From positions 192,448,001 to 192,512,000 of the forward strand of contig OX597815.1 of assembly GCA_951406725.2 (NCBI GenBank): a stretch of DNA of 64,000 nucleotides. Direction: 5' to 3'. Source of the stretch: Octopus vulgaris. Lineage: Eukaryota. Positions 52,141 through 64,000 of this stretch are shown here, piece by piece. The stretch's first letter is position 1; each line of letters starts with the position of its first letter. The notes under the pieces were generated by a model. That model saw only the letters and a program-made list of their open reading frames with translations. It was not told the origin of the DNA and searched no databases. A program made the position numbers and the translations under genes.

Positions 52141-53869
52141 TCTTATCTCCAGGCAATAAGCCTCTCTTTCTAAATAGCATATCAGGAATCTGTTCAGTTT
52201 GGCTCACAGATTTAATTAATTTTTTTAACTAAACAGTTTTAACTAAACACAGGCAGTAAACAAAAAGTAGAATAGAACAGAGTGGTGGCATTTAGTATAG
52301 AGATGACCCGGAAGTTGTTCCTCTTCGATTACTATCGAAAACAGCAATAGCTTTCTTCAGCTGAATACATGTCGTTGATTGGCTAAAATTAACAAATACG
52401 ATGATACACGAAATAACTTCCAAAATACGAAATTTTGTCAAAAATGTTCAAAGTAAACCGTGTTCAGCGTGAGAAATTACACCAGTATACAAAGTTTCAA
52501 ACTGTTAGGTTTAAAAAAAAATTTTAATCTGTAAGCCAAACTGAATAGCTCTCATATCAGCTTTAGAGAATCCTTGATTCTCGAGATCATCTCCCCTTTT
52601 CATATAGTGCTGGTCTTTATTACCATTTCGTAGTTATTTAGTACAGAGAAACAACAGAATAACGCCATTAGTGCGAGAGGTTGAAAAGGAAGAGTGAAGA
52701 GCAGTGTCGGAAAGAAACAGAGGACGCTAAGCTGAGAGAAAAGAGGTTAGTATGGGTATGAATTAAGGCACTTGTGGACGTGACAGGAGGATCGAATGGA
52801 AGAATGACAGGGGGAATGGACAAGTAGAAGAAAGGGACACTTGGGAAATTAGCAATTAGCATTTGAACCAGCACATTATTTGGTAATTATGGTGCATTCT
52901 CTAGACGCAGAGATAATTTTGATAAATCAAAAAGATATGTTGAATGGTATTTGATAGAGCAGTATTCATCTATGTTGTTATACAGTTTTGTTTAACTTCG
53001 AAATAAAATTAGGAAAATGTGCTGATGTTACAACTAAATGAAATGCAAAAGAAAAATAGAACTGTAAAAGCATTTAATATTAAGAAAAATACACAATTGT
53101 ATATACAAATAGAAAAAAATACTCACGGAAAGTAACGAAACAGACCGAAGACAAATATATAAACAAACAAATAAGGAAGCGAAGAATTGGGCTATAAACA
53201 CTTTCTTTTAAGTGAAAGAAAATTAAAAAAAAAAGAAAGAATTTTAACGGATAATCTTATAACGGTAAGATGGATTAGACGAGTCAACATAAACCGAATA
53301 TTCAAAATAAAACAATTGACATTAACACGTAATAAACACACTCAAACACACACACACACACACACAATGATACTCACACATTCACAGAAATACATATACA
53401 CGCATACACACCTTGTCGTCTGCGATAAAGATAACCTATAGTAACGTTAATGTAATTACTGGAAATTAAAGCGAACTGCTTAATTTGATTGTAGGAATTT
53501 TAATCTCTGCACAAGATCATTTGCCTGTCCACTAAGAAATTAAATGCAAATTATTGCATTTGTTGTTTTGAAACGAATCTTCGATGTTTAATGAACCCCC
53601 ACCACCACCAATTCCCAGACATCACCTTACAGAGATCGAAAGAAGGTGAAGCAGAAACTCTTAAGTGAAATTGTGATTGTGGTGGTGGTAGGTGCAATAA
53701 TAATAATAATAGTGATGTTTGAGGTGGCGGCGACAGTTGTGGCGGCGGCGGTTGTGGTACTAGTAGTAGTGATAGCAACAGAGGCGGTAGTAGTAGTAGT
53801 AGTAGTAGCGGCAGTAGTTCTAGTAAAAATGTTTGTGGTGATAGTCGCAACAGTCGAAGAAAAAAATAT

Positions 53870-54449
53870 TCTTTTATACTCTAGGCACAAGGCCTGAAAT
53901 TTTTGGGGGGTGAGAGAGCCAGACGATTAGATCGACCCCAGTACGCAACTGGTACTTAATTTATCGACCCCGAAAAAATGAAAGGCAAAGTCGACCTCGG
54001 CGGAATTTGAATTCAGAACGTAGCGGCAGATGAAATACCTATTTCTTTACTACCCACAAGGGGCTAAACACAGAGGACAGACAAACGGATTAAGTCGATT
54101 ATATCGACCCCAGTGCGTAACTGGTACTTATTTAATCGACCCCGAAAGGATGAAAGGCAAAGTCGACCTCGGCGGAATTTGAACTCAGAACGTAACGGCA
54201 GACGAAATATCTATTTCTATTTCTTTACTACCCACAAGGGGCTAAACACAGAGGGGACAAACAAGGACAGACAAACGGATTAAGTCGATTATATCGACCC
54301 CAGTGCGTAACTGGTACTTAATTTATCGACCCCGAAAGGATGAAAGGCAAAGTCGTCCTCGGCGGAATTTGAACTCAGAACGTAACGGCAGTCGAAATAC
54401 GGCTACGCATTTCGCCTGGCGTGCTAACGGTTCTGCCAGCTCGCCGCCA
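53870..54449 (-). mobile_element. SINE family C trimeric array
   Basis: Head, two type-2 units and a terminal type-1 unit. Confidence 0.9.
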
Positions 54450-54716
54450 TCGATGAAAGAATATTAACATCATTGATTTGTTACTTAGGTATTATTTCAT
54501 ACTATTGGTTCGTTCGAAGGCGGGGGGGGTGGGTGGCTATACCCATTCTCCTCCCATGTCCTTTGATACTTGTGAGATCAAAAGGTTAACGTTGAACTAG
54601 AACAGAAACTGTGAGGAGAAGCTTGAAGGAAATATTCTATGTTTTACATTCAAACCAGCCAATTTAGGCCTCTCACACTATGTCACTTTAAGAATGACAG
54701 TCACATCATTGAAATA

Positions 54717-55116
54717 TCTTTATATATATAAAAGAGAAGTTGTGTGTCTGTCTCCTACGATTTAGATTCCTAACTACTCCCACATTTTGCGGTGCAGTTT
54801 AACCAAAACCGGGTATCTTATAGTCGTGATTCATATCGAGCCCTTCTGGGAATTAGCGCGCGTCTACGATGAGTCTACGATTTAAAAAATAATTTACCAT
54901 CATTTTTTCCATTTTAATGAATTTTTTCGCTATTATGTAAGGGAAGTAACTCTCTAAAAATGTCTACGATGAGTCAACGAATTTTAAAATAATTTACCAT
55001 AATTTTTTTTTCCATTTTAAATGCATTTTTTTGCTATTTTTTGGCTATAACTCTCTAAAAATGCTTATATAGTTATTTCCCTTACAAACCCGAGCAACGC
55101 CGGGTGATACTGCTAG
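54717..55116 (+). mobile_element. Non-autonomous Helitron
   Basis: A|TC...hairpin...CTAG|T termini; an empty paralogous site lies at 55511-55545. Confidence 0.9.
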
Positions 55117-56411
55117 TTGAAGCTAGAAGAATAATGTAAGATTTAATCAAATCAATATAAATAAATAAACGTCATATTCGCCAGATTAATTTGGATGCTA
55201 AAGGTTTGGGTCCATCTTCGCAAAGTGGATTTTGAGACCTTTTCAGAGGGTAAAAATTGTCTCTTGTATGTCATTAAACAGGGTAAGTGGCAACAAGGAG
55301 AGGTGTTTGAGTTAGGAAAGCCTGTGCTGAAGTATTACGTACTGTTGTTTGTATTTAAAGGGCGAATACGATATTGTTTTAGTGACTGCGTCATGTTAGA
55401 TGCACCGAATTTTCAGCAATCCATGTTCAGGAAAGAATGGATTACCCATTTAACATTCAAACTGGCGAGACCCGGCCAAAATATTCTATGTTTTATATTC
55501 AAACTAGACTGTCACATCATTGAAATATTGAACCTACAAGATAATATAAGATTAATTCAAAGCAATATATATAAACGTTGCTGTATTTGGGGACGGTCAT
55601 GTTGCCAGTTTAGCCAATAGAAACACACGCACTATATATTTGATGTTCGTTTACTTCAGCTTTATTTTATATTAAACGTATTTCTGCCGGAGTTCTTTCG
55701 AGACACTTCTGTCAACTTTTTTGACAGATTAATATGAATGCCAAAAGTTTGGTCCCATCTTTGCAAAGTGGATTTTGAGACATTTTTGAGGGTAAAAATT
55801 GCCTATTGTATGTTTCTTGTATGCCATTCAAAGGAGAGAGAGTGTGAGTTAGGAGGGCCTGTGTAAAGTTATTACATACTGTTTGTATTTAAAGGGCGAA
55901 TACAAGATTGTTTTAGCAACTGCGTCTTTCTGCTAATGAAGGGCGATAAAAGAGCCCTTAGAGGTGGGGCAACTGTTGGAGCGAGTGTCGCTGGCTATTT
56001 TCCACGGTAACGCCTTTGCAATCATGTCCACGAGGCGTGGCTGAACACCTCATCTGTTCTGGGGTGTACAACAAGTTACCCCCTTCTCGCCTTACCCGTC
56101 TTCTGCTGCTTAATCCACGCCTTTTTTTCTTCTTTGTTTCCATGGTGAAGTAGTTATGGGGTTTTTTTTCTTGGTAATTTGATCTTCATACTTTTAATTT
56201 TTTCTTTCGTTTCTTCCTGTGAAAACGTTGTTAATAAAATGGAATTTTAAGTCGAAAAAAGAATTGGAATGGTTCCCTGAAAGAAACAAGTGTAATTCTA
56301 CATGGAGTTAGTGAAGGTTTGGCACAAGGTGCCCAGGTTTCCTGTTCAATATAGTCGATTCAAAGTAGGAGAAAGAGAGAAAGAAAGAGAGAGAGAGCGC
56401 GATACTATTTT

Positions 56412-56870
56412 ACTCTCTCTTTTACTTGTTTCAGTCATTTGACTATGGCCATGCTGGAGCACCGCCTTAAATCGAGCATATCGACCCCAGGACTTATTCC
56501 TTGTAAGCCTAGTACTTATTCTATCGGTCTCTTTTGCTGAACTGCTAAGTTACGGGGACGTAAACACACCAGCATCGGTTGTCAAGCGATGTTGGGGGGA
56601 CAAACACAGACACACAAACATATATACACAGGTATACCTATTTCTTTACTACCGACAAGGTGCTAAACACAGAGAGAACAAACAAGGACAGACAAACGGA
56701 TTAAGTCGATTACATCAACCCCAGTGCATAACTGGTACTTATTTAATCGACCCCGAAAGGATGAAAGGCAGAGTCGACCTCGGCGGAATTTGAACTCAGA
56801 ACGTAACGGCAGACGAAATACCGCTAGGCATTTCGCCCGGCGTGCTAACGTTTCTGTCAGCTCATTGCCA
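56412..56870 (-). mobile_element. SINE A 3' half (56412-56630) abutting a full type-2 SINE C (56639-56870)
   Basis: Direct matches to both families. Confidence 0.85.
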
Positions 56871-57378
56871 TTTCAAAATACTTAATAATGAAACTTTTGC
56901 CCCTGTCATGTCTTTTTCAGTGCAAGAAATCAATACTGAGAAATAAAAATAAATAAAAAAAAGGATGGTGGCTTGGTAGAAGCAGTAGACCAGTCTTACG
57001 TATACTGAAGGACAGACATAGCCATGGCTTCAATGGAATTCTTCTGATGCATAGTCATGTTTTGCAGTATTTGCTGGCGTCTCTTTACATTCGGAGTTAG
57101 AAGCCTTGGAAGGTCAACTTCGTCATTCATCTTTGAAGCGTCGATGAGTCTCTATAATCGATTTATTTTCTGCTTCACCCCAATCTATGCCAGTGTGCCT
57201 CTGTGAGAAACCAATCATGAAACACGTGTGAAGATTTTTCATCTTCCATTCTTTTCGCTTCCCTTTTTCGGTATTTTCCTTTCATTTGCTTTTCATCTAC
57301 TCTCTAAATTATCTTGTCTTTCTTCTCTAGCTTTCTGTCTCTTAATCCTCTCTCCCTATCTTTCGCTCTCCATCTTAC

Positions 57379-57965
57379 TATCTATCTGCTTATCTACCTA
57401 CCTACCTACTTATGTATCTATCTATCCATCTATCTACCTACTTATGTATCTATCTATCCATCTATCTACCTACTTATGTATCTATCTATCCATCTATCTA
57501 CCTACCTATGTATCTATCTATCCATCTATCTACCTACCTATGTATCTATCTATCCATCTATCTACCTACCTATGTATCTATCTATCCATCTATCTACCTA
57601 CCTATGTATCTATCTATCCATCTATCTACCTACCTATGTATCTATCTATCCATCTATCTACCTACCTATGTATCTATCTATCCATCTATCTACCTACCTA
57701 CCTACTTATGTATCTATCTATCTATCTATCTACCTACCTACTTATGTATCTATCTATCTACCTACCTACCTACCTATCGATCTGCCTATCTGTCTACCTA
57801 TCGATCTGCCTATCTATCTATCTATCTATCTGCCTATCTATCTATCTGCTTATCTATCTATCTGCTTATCTATCTATCTGCCTATCTATCTATCTATTTA
57901 TCTATCTATCTACCTATCGATCTGCCTATCTGTCTATCTATATCTATCTATCTGCCTATCTATCT
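57379..57965. repeat. (TATC/TACC)-based tract with a 32-bp higher-order unit
   Basis: Unit TATGTATCTATCTATCCATCTATCTACCTACC occurs about 9-11 times. Confidence 0.95.
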
Positions 57966-58587
57966 TGATGTTCAATTTATGTAAAATTTAACGTTTGATA
58001 AATTAGCATTTGGAAACAAATGAAGATTATCACGATCAAATTTGTCCATTCACTCTAAAATAAATATTAACAACCCCGCCGTTGAATCCCTAATTTATTT
58101 AGCTAATTACCTTAATTGTGCTTCGCTCAACAAGTTACTGGCGTAATTCCTGAACAAAACATTTACAAAATTTGGAATTTTTTTTCTTCTATTAAAATTA
58201 TCCTTTTCAAAAAGACTGTAAAGAAGAAAAAATAAAAATAGAAAGATAAAACAAGGGAAAATGAAAATTGTCATGTATAGTGTTAAATATGCAAATATTT
58301 GCCAGAGAAACTACTTAAAATTACTTTTCTTGACATGAGCTGAAGTCCTTTGTGGTACTTAAAAATAAGATAATATCGGTTTATATTAAAGCTGTAAATA
58401 ATCTCTAAAATATGCTATAACATTTTGAATTTTAAGTATTATACCGTGAAGGGGATTATAATATAATTTCATTTTTATATTCATAACACATGCTTATTGG
58501 CAGAAGGTTGTCATCGTCCAAATTTCCTTCATGAATATATATATTTTTTAACATGGAAATTTAAATGATGACGTAAATAAACCAAGA

Positions 58588-59159
58588 TTCTTTTCTACTA
58601 TAGGCACAAGGCCTGAAATTTTGGGGGAGGAAGCCAGTCGATTAGATCGACCCCAGTACTTAATTTATCGACCCCGAAAGGATGAAAGGCAAAGTCGACC
58701 TCGGTGGAATTTGAACTCAGAACGTAATGGCAGACGAAATACCTATTTCTTTACTACCCACAAGGGGCTAAACACAGAAGGGACAAACAAGGACGGACAA
58801 ACGGATTAAGTCGATTATATCAACCCCAATGCATAACTGGTACTTATTTAATCGACTCCGAAAGGATGAAAGGCAAAGTCGACCTCGGTGGAATTTGAAC
58901 TCAGAACGTAATGGCAGACGAAATACCTATTTCTTTACTACCCACAAGGGGCTAAACACTGAAGGGACAAACAAGGACGGACAAACGGATTAAGTCGATT
59001 ATATCAACCCCAATGCATAACTGGTACTTATTTAATCGACCCCGAAATGATGAAAGGCAAAGTTGACCTCGGCGGAATTTGAACTCAGAACGTAACGGCA
59101 GACGAAATTCGGCTACGCATTTCGCCCGGCGTGCTAACGTTTCTGCCAGCTCGCCGCCT
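58588..59159 (-). mobile_element. SINE family C trimeric array
   Basis: Head, two near-identical ~183-bp type-2 units and a terminal type-1 unit. Confidence 0.9.
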
Positions 59160-59589
59160 TTTGTAATAAACTAAGATTATTACTTGTTTACACAGTTTCG
59201 TACGCTGGCCAGTTGACATTGGAGCCGCACATCCTACATACTTCTCAAAACAATTTTCTTAAGTACTTCTTATTTACAACTTTATCTTTCTTTGAACTCC
59301 ATGCACAGCGTTCCAAAATTGTTCCTTTCATGAAACTCATCCTTCTAAAAACCGCATCCAATACATACGATACCTCTTCTCATTTCATCTAACTATAGTT
59401 TCCGTAAATGGCCTGCAGCATTGTGTGTCCTTTTTTGTTGCTGGGGCAGTGCAAACTCTTCCTGGTATTTTATTGTATCAGTTTTTTTTTTGTTACGGGG
59501 TTTGGTTGCAGTCTTTTGTTGTATTAGCGTTTATATTGTGTTGTGTAAGTAATGCGAGTGGCGTTCTTCTGTTGGGGATCCAGCCTGTC

Positions 59590-59722
59590 GAATGCATGTA
59601 GGCAGTACTTGTCAGTAAAATCTTTTGGATATCTCTTACGACATGGTTCTCCTGGAATCTAGATGTTTGACATCTCTTTTTTTATCATACCTAGGGCACT
59701 TACAGTAACAGGAACAGTTCTC
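59590..59722 (-). mobile_element. C-terminal remnant of an RLE-type (R4/Dong-like) LINE
   Basis: RTVPVTVSALGMIKK...IPGEP, then a frameshift to DIQKILLTSTAYM, matching the PVIVGALG...IQKxxLxxTA motif. Confidence 0.7.
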
Positions 59723-59887
59723 TTTTACTCTTTTACTTGTTTCAGTCATTTGACCCCGGGACTTATTCTTTGTAAGCCCAGTACTTATTCTATCGGACTC
59801 TTTTTGCCGAACCGCTAAGTGACGGGGACGTAAACACACCAGCATCGGTTGTCAAGCAATGCTAGGGGGACAAACACAGACACACAA

Positions 59888-59937
<50 letters not shown>

Positions 59938-60098
59938 GTCAGGCTTCTCTCAGTTTCCGTCTACCAAATCCACTTACAAGGCTTTGGTCGGCCCGAGGCT
60001 ATAGCAGAAGACACTTACCCAAGATGCCACGCAGTGGGACTGAATCCGGAACCATGTGGTTGGCAAGCAAGCTACTTACCACACAGCCACTCCTGCGC
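59720..60098 (-). mobile_element. SINE family A with a short internal deletion
   Basis: Match to family A. Confidence 0.9.
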
Positions 60099-61589
60099 TT
60101 ATCTCGTTTATCATTATTGTTGTTGTTTTTATTATTTAGGTGTAGTGTTCATTCGATTTTTTCCTAGCTGCTTAGTTCCGGGTACGTATTCAAACACCGG
60201 ATGTCAGCTGTATTACGTCAAAGTCATTTAACGGAAAGAGGAAAACTGAAAAACACAGACACACAGTCTCACATACACATGTGTTTGCGTACACACATAT
60301 ATACATACGTGTGTGTGTGTGCTTTCTGCTCAGTTACCCCCTTGTCAGATTCACTCACGAGGCATTGATTATCCCAGGAAAAAAGTAGAACAGACTTGTC
60401 CAAGGTACCACACAATTGGACGAAACTAGATGGTTTTGAAACGGACTTCTAAACCACACAGAAGCGTCTGCACCAAATAGTTAAGATTAAATTTTAACCA
60501 ATCCAAAAGCTCACCCAGTTCTCTCAACTCTCTTCCTCCACCAGGGCATTGCGGACTAACAAATAAAGTACATTAAAGTTTGTTACAGATAGATTTGTCT
60601 AAAAAGTCCTGTTGAATTTCAAATTCTCATTCCTTAAAACTGTTTAGTCATCGTTTCGTTTCATCGTTCCGTTTGTAGTTTTTGATCTGACCGAATACAA
60701 AGCGGCTGTCTCCAGAGAATTCATTATATGGTATATTGAAGTTTTCAACTGTATTCAATAATATTTATGGCAAATTTGAAATTTTTCTGCCTGCTCAAAG
60801 CAAACAGCGTCATATTTTATCTTATTATTAACTAATCTATCACTTCAACTTTAGAACTCAAGCCAAAAGATAAAATTCTTTTACCGTTTAATCTAGCATG
60901 AATTATTCATCAGTAACCGAGCCTCGTTATCTTGGTCACTTCTTTATCAACAACTGTAGTTTCAAATTTGTTTTGTTGATTTTCATATCTGAAATATACA
61001 TTACATTTAAGTGTGTGTGTGTGTGTATTTATATAATATATGCATGTGTATGTATGTCTCATGTAGATATATGTGTGTGTATTTGTATATAATATATATG
61101 TATATATCTTCCTCATCACTGTTGTCACCCCATGTGCTTCGAGAATATCTACTCTCTCACCCGCATCTACTCTCACTTCCTCACACACAAACACACACAA
61201 GCCAACACCTCATGGCCCTGCCAACCAACGCCATTATACTTACAACCTTGTAACACCGTTATACACATACATACATACATACATGCACTCATACATATGC
61301 CACACAAACCCACACATGCTTCTCTCCCCTTATGTGCGCTTCCAGACGCAGATGCACTTTTCTACTAGCACCAGTACCCTCCACCCGTCACTTCCTACTT
61401 TCGTAACTGTCCGATGCAAAACTTGCTTTCGGTATTCTCCCTTGGTTTCTAGCCCTTCGCCTATATTCTTTTTTGTCTGATTACCTCCCTTTGTCACTAT
61501 GCTTATCTCTGTCTTATATTATATTATATCATATACGCTCTGTGCAAAAAGAAACCGAACTCAGGTGAGTATCACGTAAGTCTAGAGAT

Positions 61590-61757
61590 GTAGGCGTAGG
61601 AGTGGCTGTGTGGTAAGTAGCTTGCTTACGAACCTCAGGGTTCCGGGTTCAATCCCACTGCGTGGCATCTTGGGCAAGTGTCTTCTACTATAGCCTTGGG
61701 CCAACCAAAGCCTTGTGAGTGGATTTAGTAGACAGAAACTGAAAGAAGCCCATCGTA

Positions 61758-61818
<61 letters not shown>

Positions 61819-62022
61819 GTATGTGTGTTTGTGCCCCCAACATCGCTTGACAACCGATGCTGGTGTATTTACGTCCCCGTAACTTAGCGGTTCGGCAAAA
61901 ATAGACCGGTAGAATAAGTACTAAGCTTACAAAGAATAAGTCCTGGGGTCTATTTTTTTAAATCGACTAAAGGCGGTGCTCCAGCATGGCCACAGTCAAA
62001 TGGCTGAAACAAGTAAAAGAGA
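61590..62022 (+). mobile_element. SINE family A, full length
   Basis: Head-to-tail match to family A; AGAGATG on both sides. Confidence 0.9.
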
Positions 62023-62393
62023 GATGGGAGCGATGACCTCCCTTGCAAATGCGCTATGGACACAAACTATGTGTCGATAGCCAGCTGGAAAAAAATTGTT
62101 TTCCTGGGGCTATAACAACAGTAACGTCCTTTATAGGACAGCCACATTCTGTTGGCATATAAACATTACCATTCCTAACATTATAGCAAAGACAAAAATT
62201 ACACGGATGCAAACTTCTTCGTACTAATGTACAAACAATGTATTAGATCCATTGGGAAAAATGATTCTACAAATATTTTTGAGGATGGAAACTAGTATTC
62301 ATCAGTTTGAGAACTGCTACCTTAACACGATTTTCAGAGCGAATCAGCTTTAGCCAATGTGGCAAGGGTGGACCTTTTGAATTACATGTGCAT

Positions 62394-62530
62394 ATGTTTC
62401 CGACGAAGAGCTCCGCTCGAAACGTTAAACCCTCCTCCTTTCCTTCTTTCCTGAGCGTCCAATAATACTATATTTGTTCCACGTCCTCGCGTTGTTGTGT
62501 TTTTTTGTGCTTTCTTGTTTGGATTAACTT
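62394..62530 (+). mobile_element. Penelope-type terminal repeat (family G) with a hammerhead-like motif at 62396-62430
   Basis: GUUU-CCGACGA-A-GAGC-UCC-GCUC-GAAA-CGUU-AAAC; ends in (TA)n. Confidence 0.65.
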
Positions 62531-62555
62531 TATATATATATATATATATATATAT

Positions 62556-62603
<48 letters not shown>

Positions 62604-62638
62604 TAGAGAGAGAGATAGAAAGAGATATATATATATAG

Positions 62639-62687
<49 letters not shown>

Positions 62688-63144
62688 CTAGCATTGTTCT
62701 GATACTTTGTCTATTTCGAAAATATGACGAGGCAAATCTAATCTCAGCACGATTTGAATGCAGCGGGCAGAGCCGAGAAGAATACTTGTAAACACTCTAT
62801 CCGAAGCTCGAACGATTCGGCCAATTCTAGGTCTTGTTATCTACAATTCCCCTACAAGAGTAAATCCTAAATTTATTTTGTTGTGGGGCTATTCTACGAT
62901 TTCTCAAAATCACAGAACACCTGCCTGTATTTTACGGCTAATCCAATCACCCAAATTTTAATAAGACATTAAATGATATAAAAGTTGTTTTAGCGATAAA
63001 GTTTACTCGTGTAAAAAAAAAAAAGAAAAACATAAAATAACTATTCTAAAATGGTGAATAGGTTTTTTTATATAATAAATTTTAATTAAATTTCGTTCAA
63101 AAACAACACTATCTCACGGAACTCCAAAAATTTTACTCAGAATT

Positions 63145-63375
63145 TTTCAAATTCCGCCGTGGTCGACTTTGCCTTTCATCCTTTCGGGGTCGATTGAATA
63201 AGTACCAGTTACGCACTGGGGTAGATATACTCGACTTAATCTATTTGTCTGTCCTTGTTTGTCCCCACTGTGTGTAGCCCCGTGTGGGCAGTAAAGAAAT
63301 AAGAAACGTTAGCACGTTTGTCCATCCTTGTTTGTCTCCTATGTGTAGCCCCTTGTGGGCAGCAAAGATATAAGA
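63145..63375 (+). mobile_element. SINE family C, 5'-truncated, with a duplicated type-2 tail
   Basis: Core match; the tail ...GTAGCCCC(G/T)TGTGGGCAG(T/C)AAAGA occurs twice. Confidence 0.85.
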
Positions 63376-64000
63376 AATTTTACTCAGAATATTGATGTTC
63401 CTGAGAACCGATTTGAGAAACATAGATCCAAAATTCAAATTACGCTTACAAAACATAGCCGAGAGAGCCAAACTACACACAAACTCACCAGTCCTACAGT
63501 ACACAAAGAAACGACAAAATTAACGTACAGGCAATGAGTAGATAGACAACCGACAACTGATGAAGGGTCGTTCTTTAAGTTACTTGTCCTGTTTTCCATT
63601 TGTTTCTCTCGTTTGCGTATTGAACTCATTTGTCGTATTTTATGTTTACTGTCGGTGACGTCCATTATTTATATTTTATCAGATCCGTCATGATTTCATT
63701 AATTAATTTCTTTAAAATTGATTACTTAAAATTTAATCAATTAATCGCATCGTAGTGAAGGCTCCGATGTCTTGCCAATATGGTTTACTTTGCATCAAAC
63801 GTCAGTGATGGTCATTATGATTTATGCCAATCCTTACCGAAACGCTCAATCTCGTTCTCCACAGAAGTAAGAAAAACTTTCTAAATGTTTCAATAAGTCA
63901 ATCAAAGCAGAAGCGATGCGTAATTCTAGCAGGTTTTCCCAGATTGGTAAAAATCGATATGCTTCGCAAAATCGCAGGCTGTTGACTGTATGTAAAGGAA

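Noticed and set aside
49553-53097. Direct repeats with TG...CA ends as an LTR pair
   Set aside because: No TSD, PBS or gag/pol remnants; better explained as a local duplication.
55195-55620. 141-aa ORF
   Set aside because: It crosses duplicated and MITE-like sequence, and the paralogous copy has indels that break the frame.
53870-59159. Regular ~180-bp repeats suggesting a CRISPR array or retrozyme
   Set aside because: There are no unique spacers, no cas genes and no hammerhead core in the unit; these are SINE C multimers.
60679-60730. Possible 52-nt exon (FDLTEYKAAVSREFII)
   Set aside because: Weak donor, no partner exons and no recognised homology.

Overview
This is AT-rich, repeat-saturated animal DNA with no confidently identifiable host gene. 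The repeat repertoire looks like a coleoid cephalopod, probably Octopus (inference from recognition, not a search). Almost every ORF in the supplied track is a translation of microsatellite or SINE sequence. The window holds many copies of at least five tRNA-derived or LINE-tailed SINE families (working labels A-F), decayed CR1-like, RTE-like and RLE (R4/Dong-like) LINE fragments, two dead mariner transposons, two non-autonomous Helitrons, several MITE/foldback elements and Penelope-type terminal repeats carrying minimal hammerhead-ribozyme motifs. The most unusual observation is at 45839-45899 (-): all three hammerhead core strands and all three helices are present, but in a strand order matching none of types I, II or III, implying a pseudoknotted, strand-swapped hammerhead. 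Also notable are a SINE subfamily that repeatedly inserts at one fixed site in its own parent family, head/tail module shuffling among SINEs, a SINE flanked by 106-bp direct repeats, and a mosaic duplication joined at a microhomology. All alignments and folds were done by eye, and most repeat boundaries are approximate.
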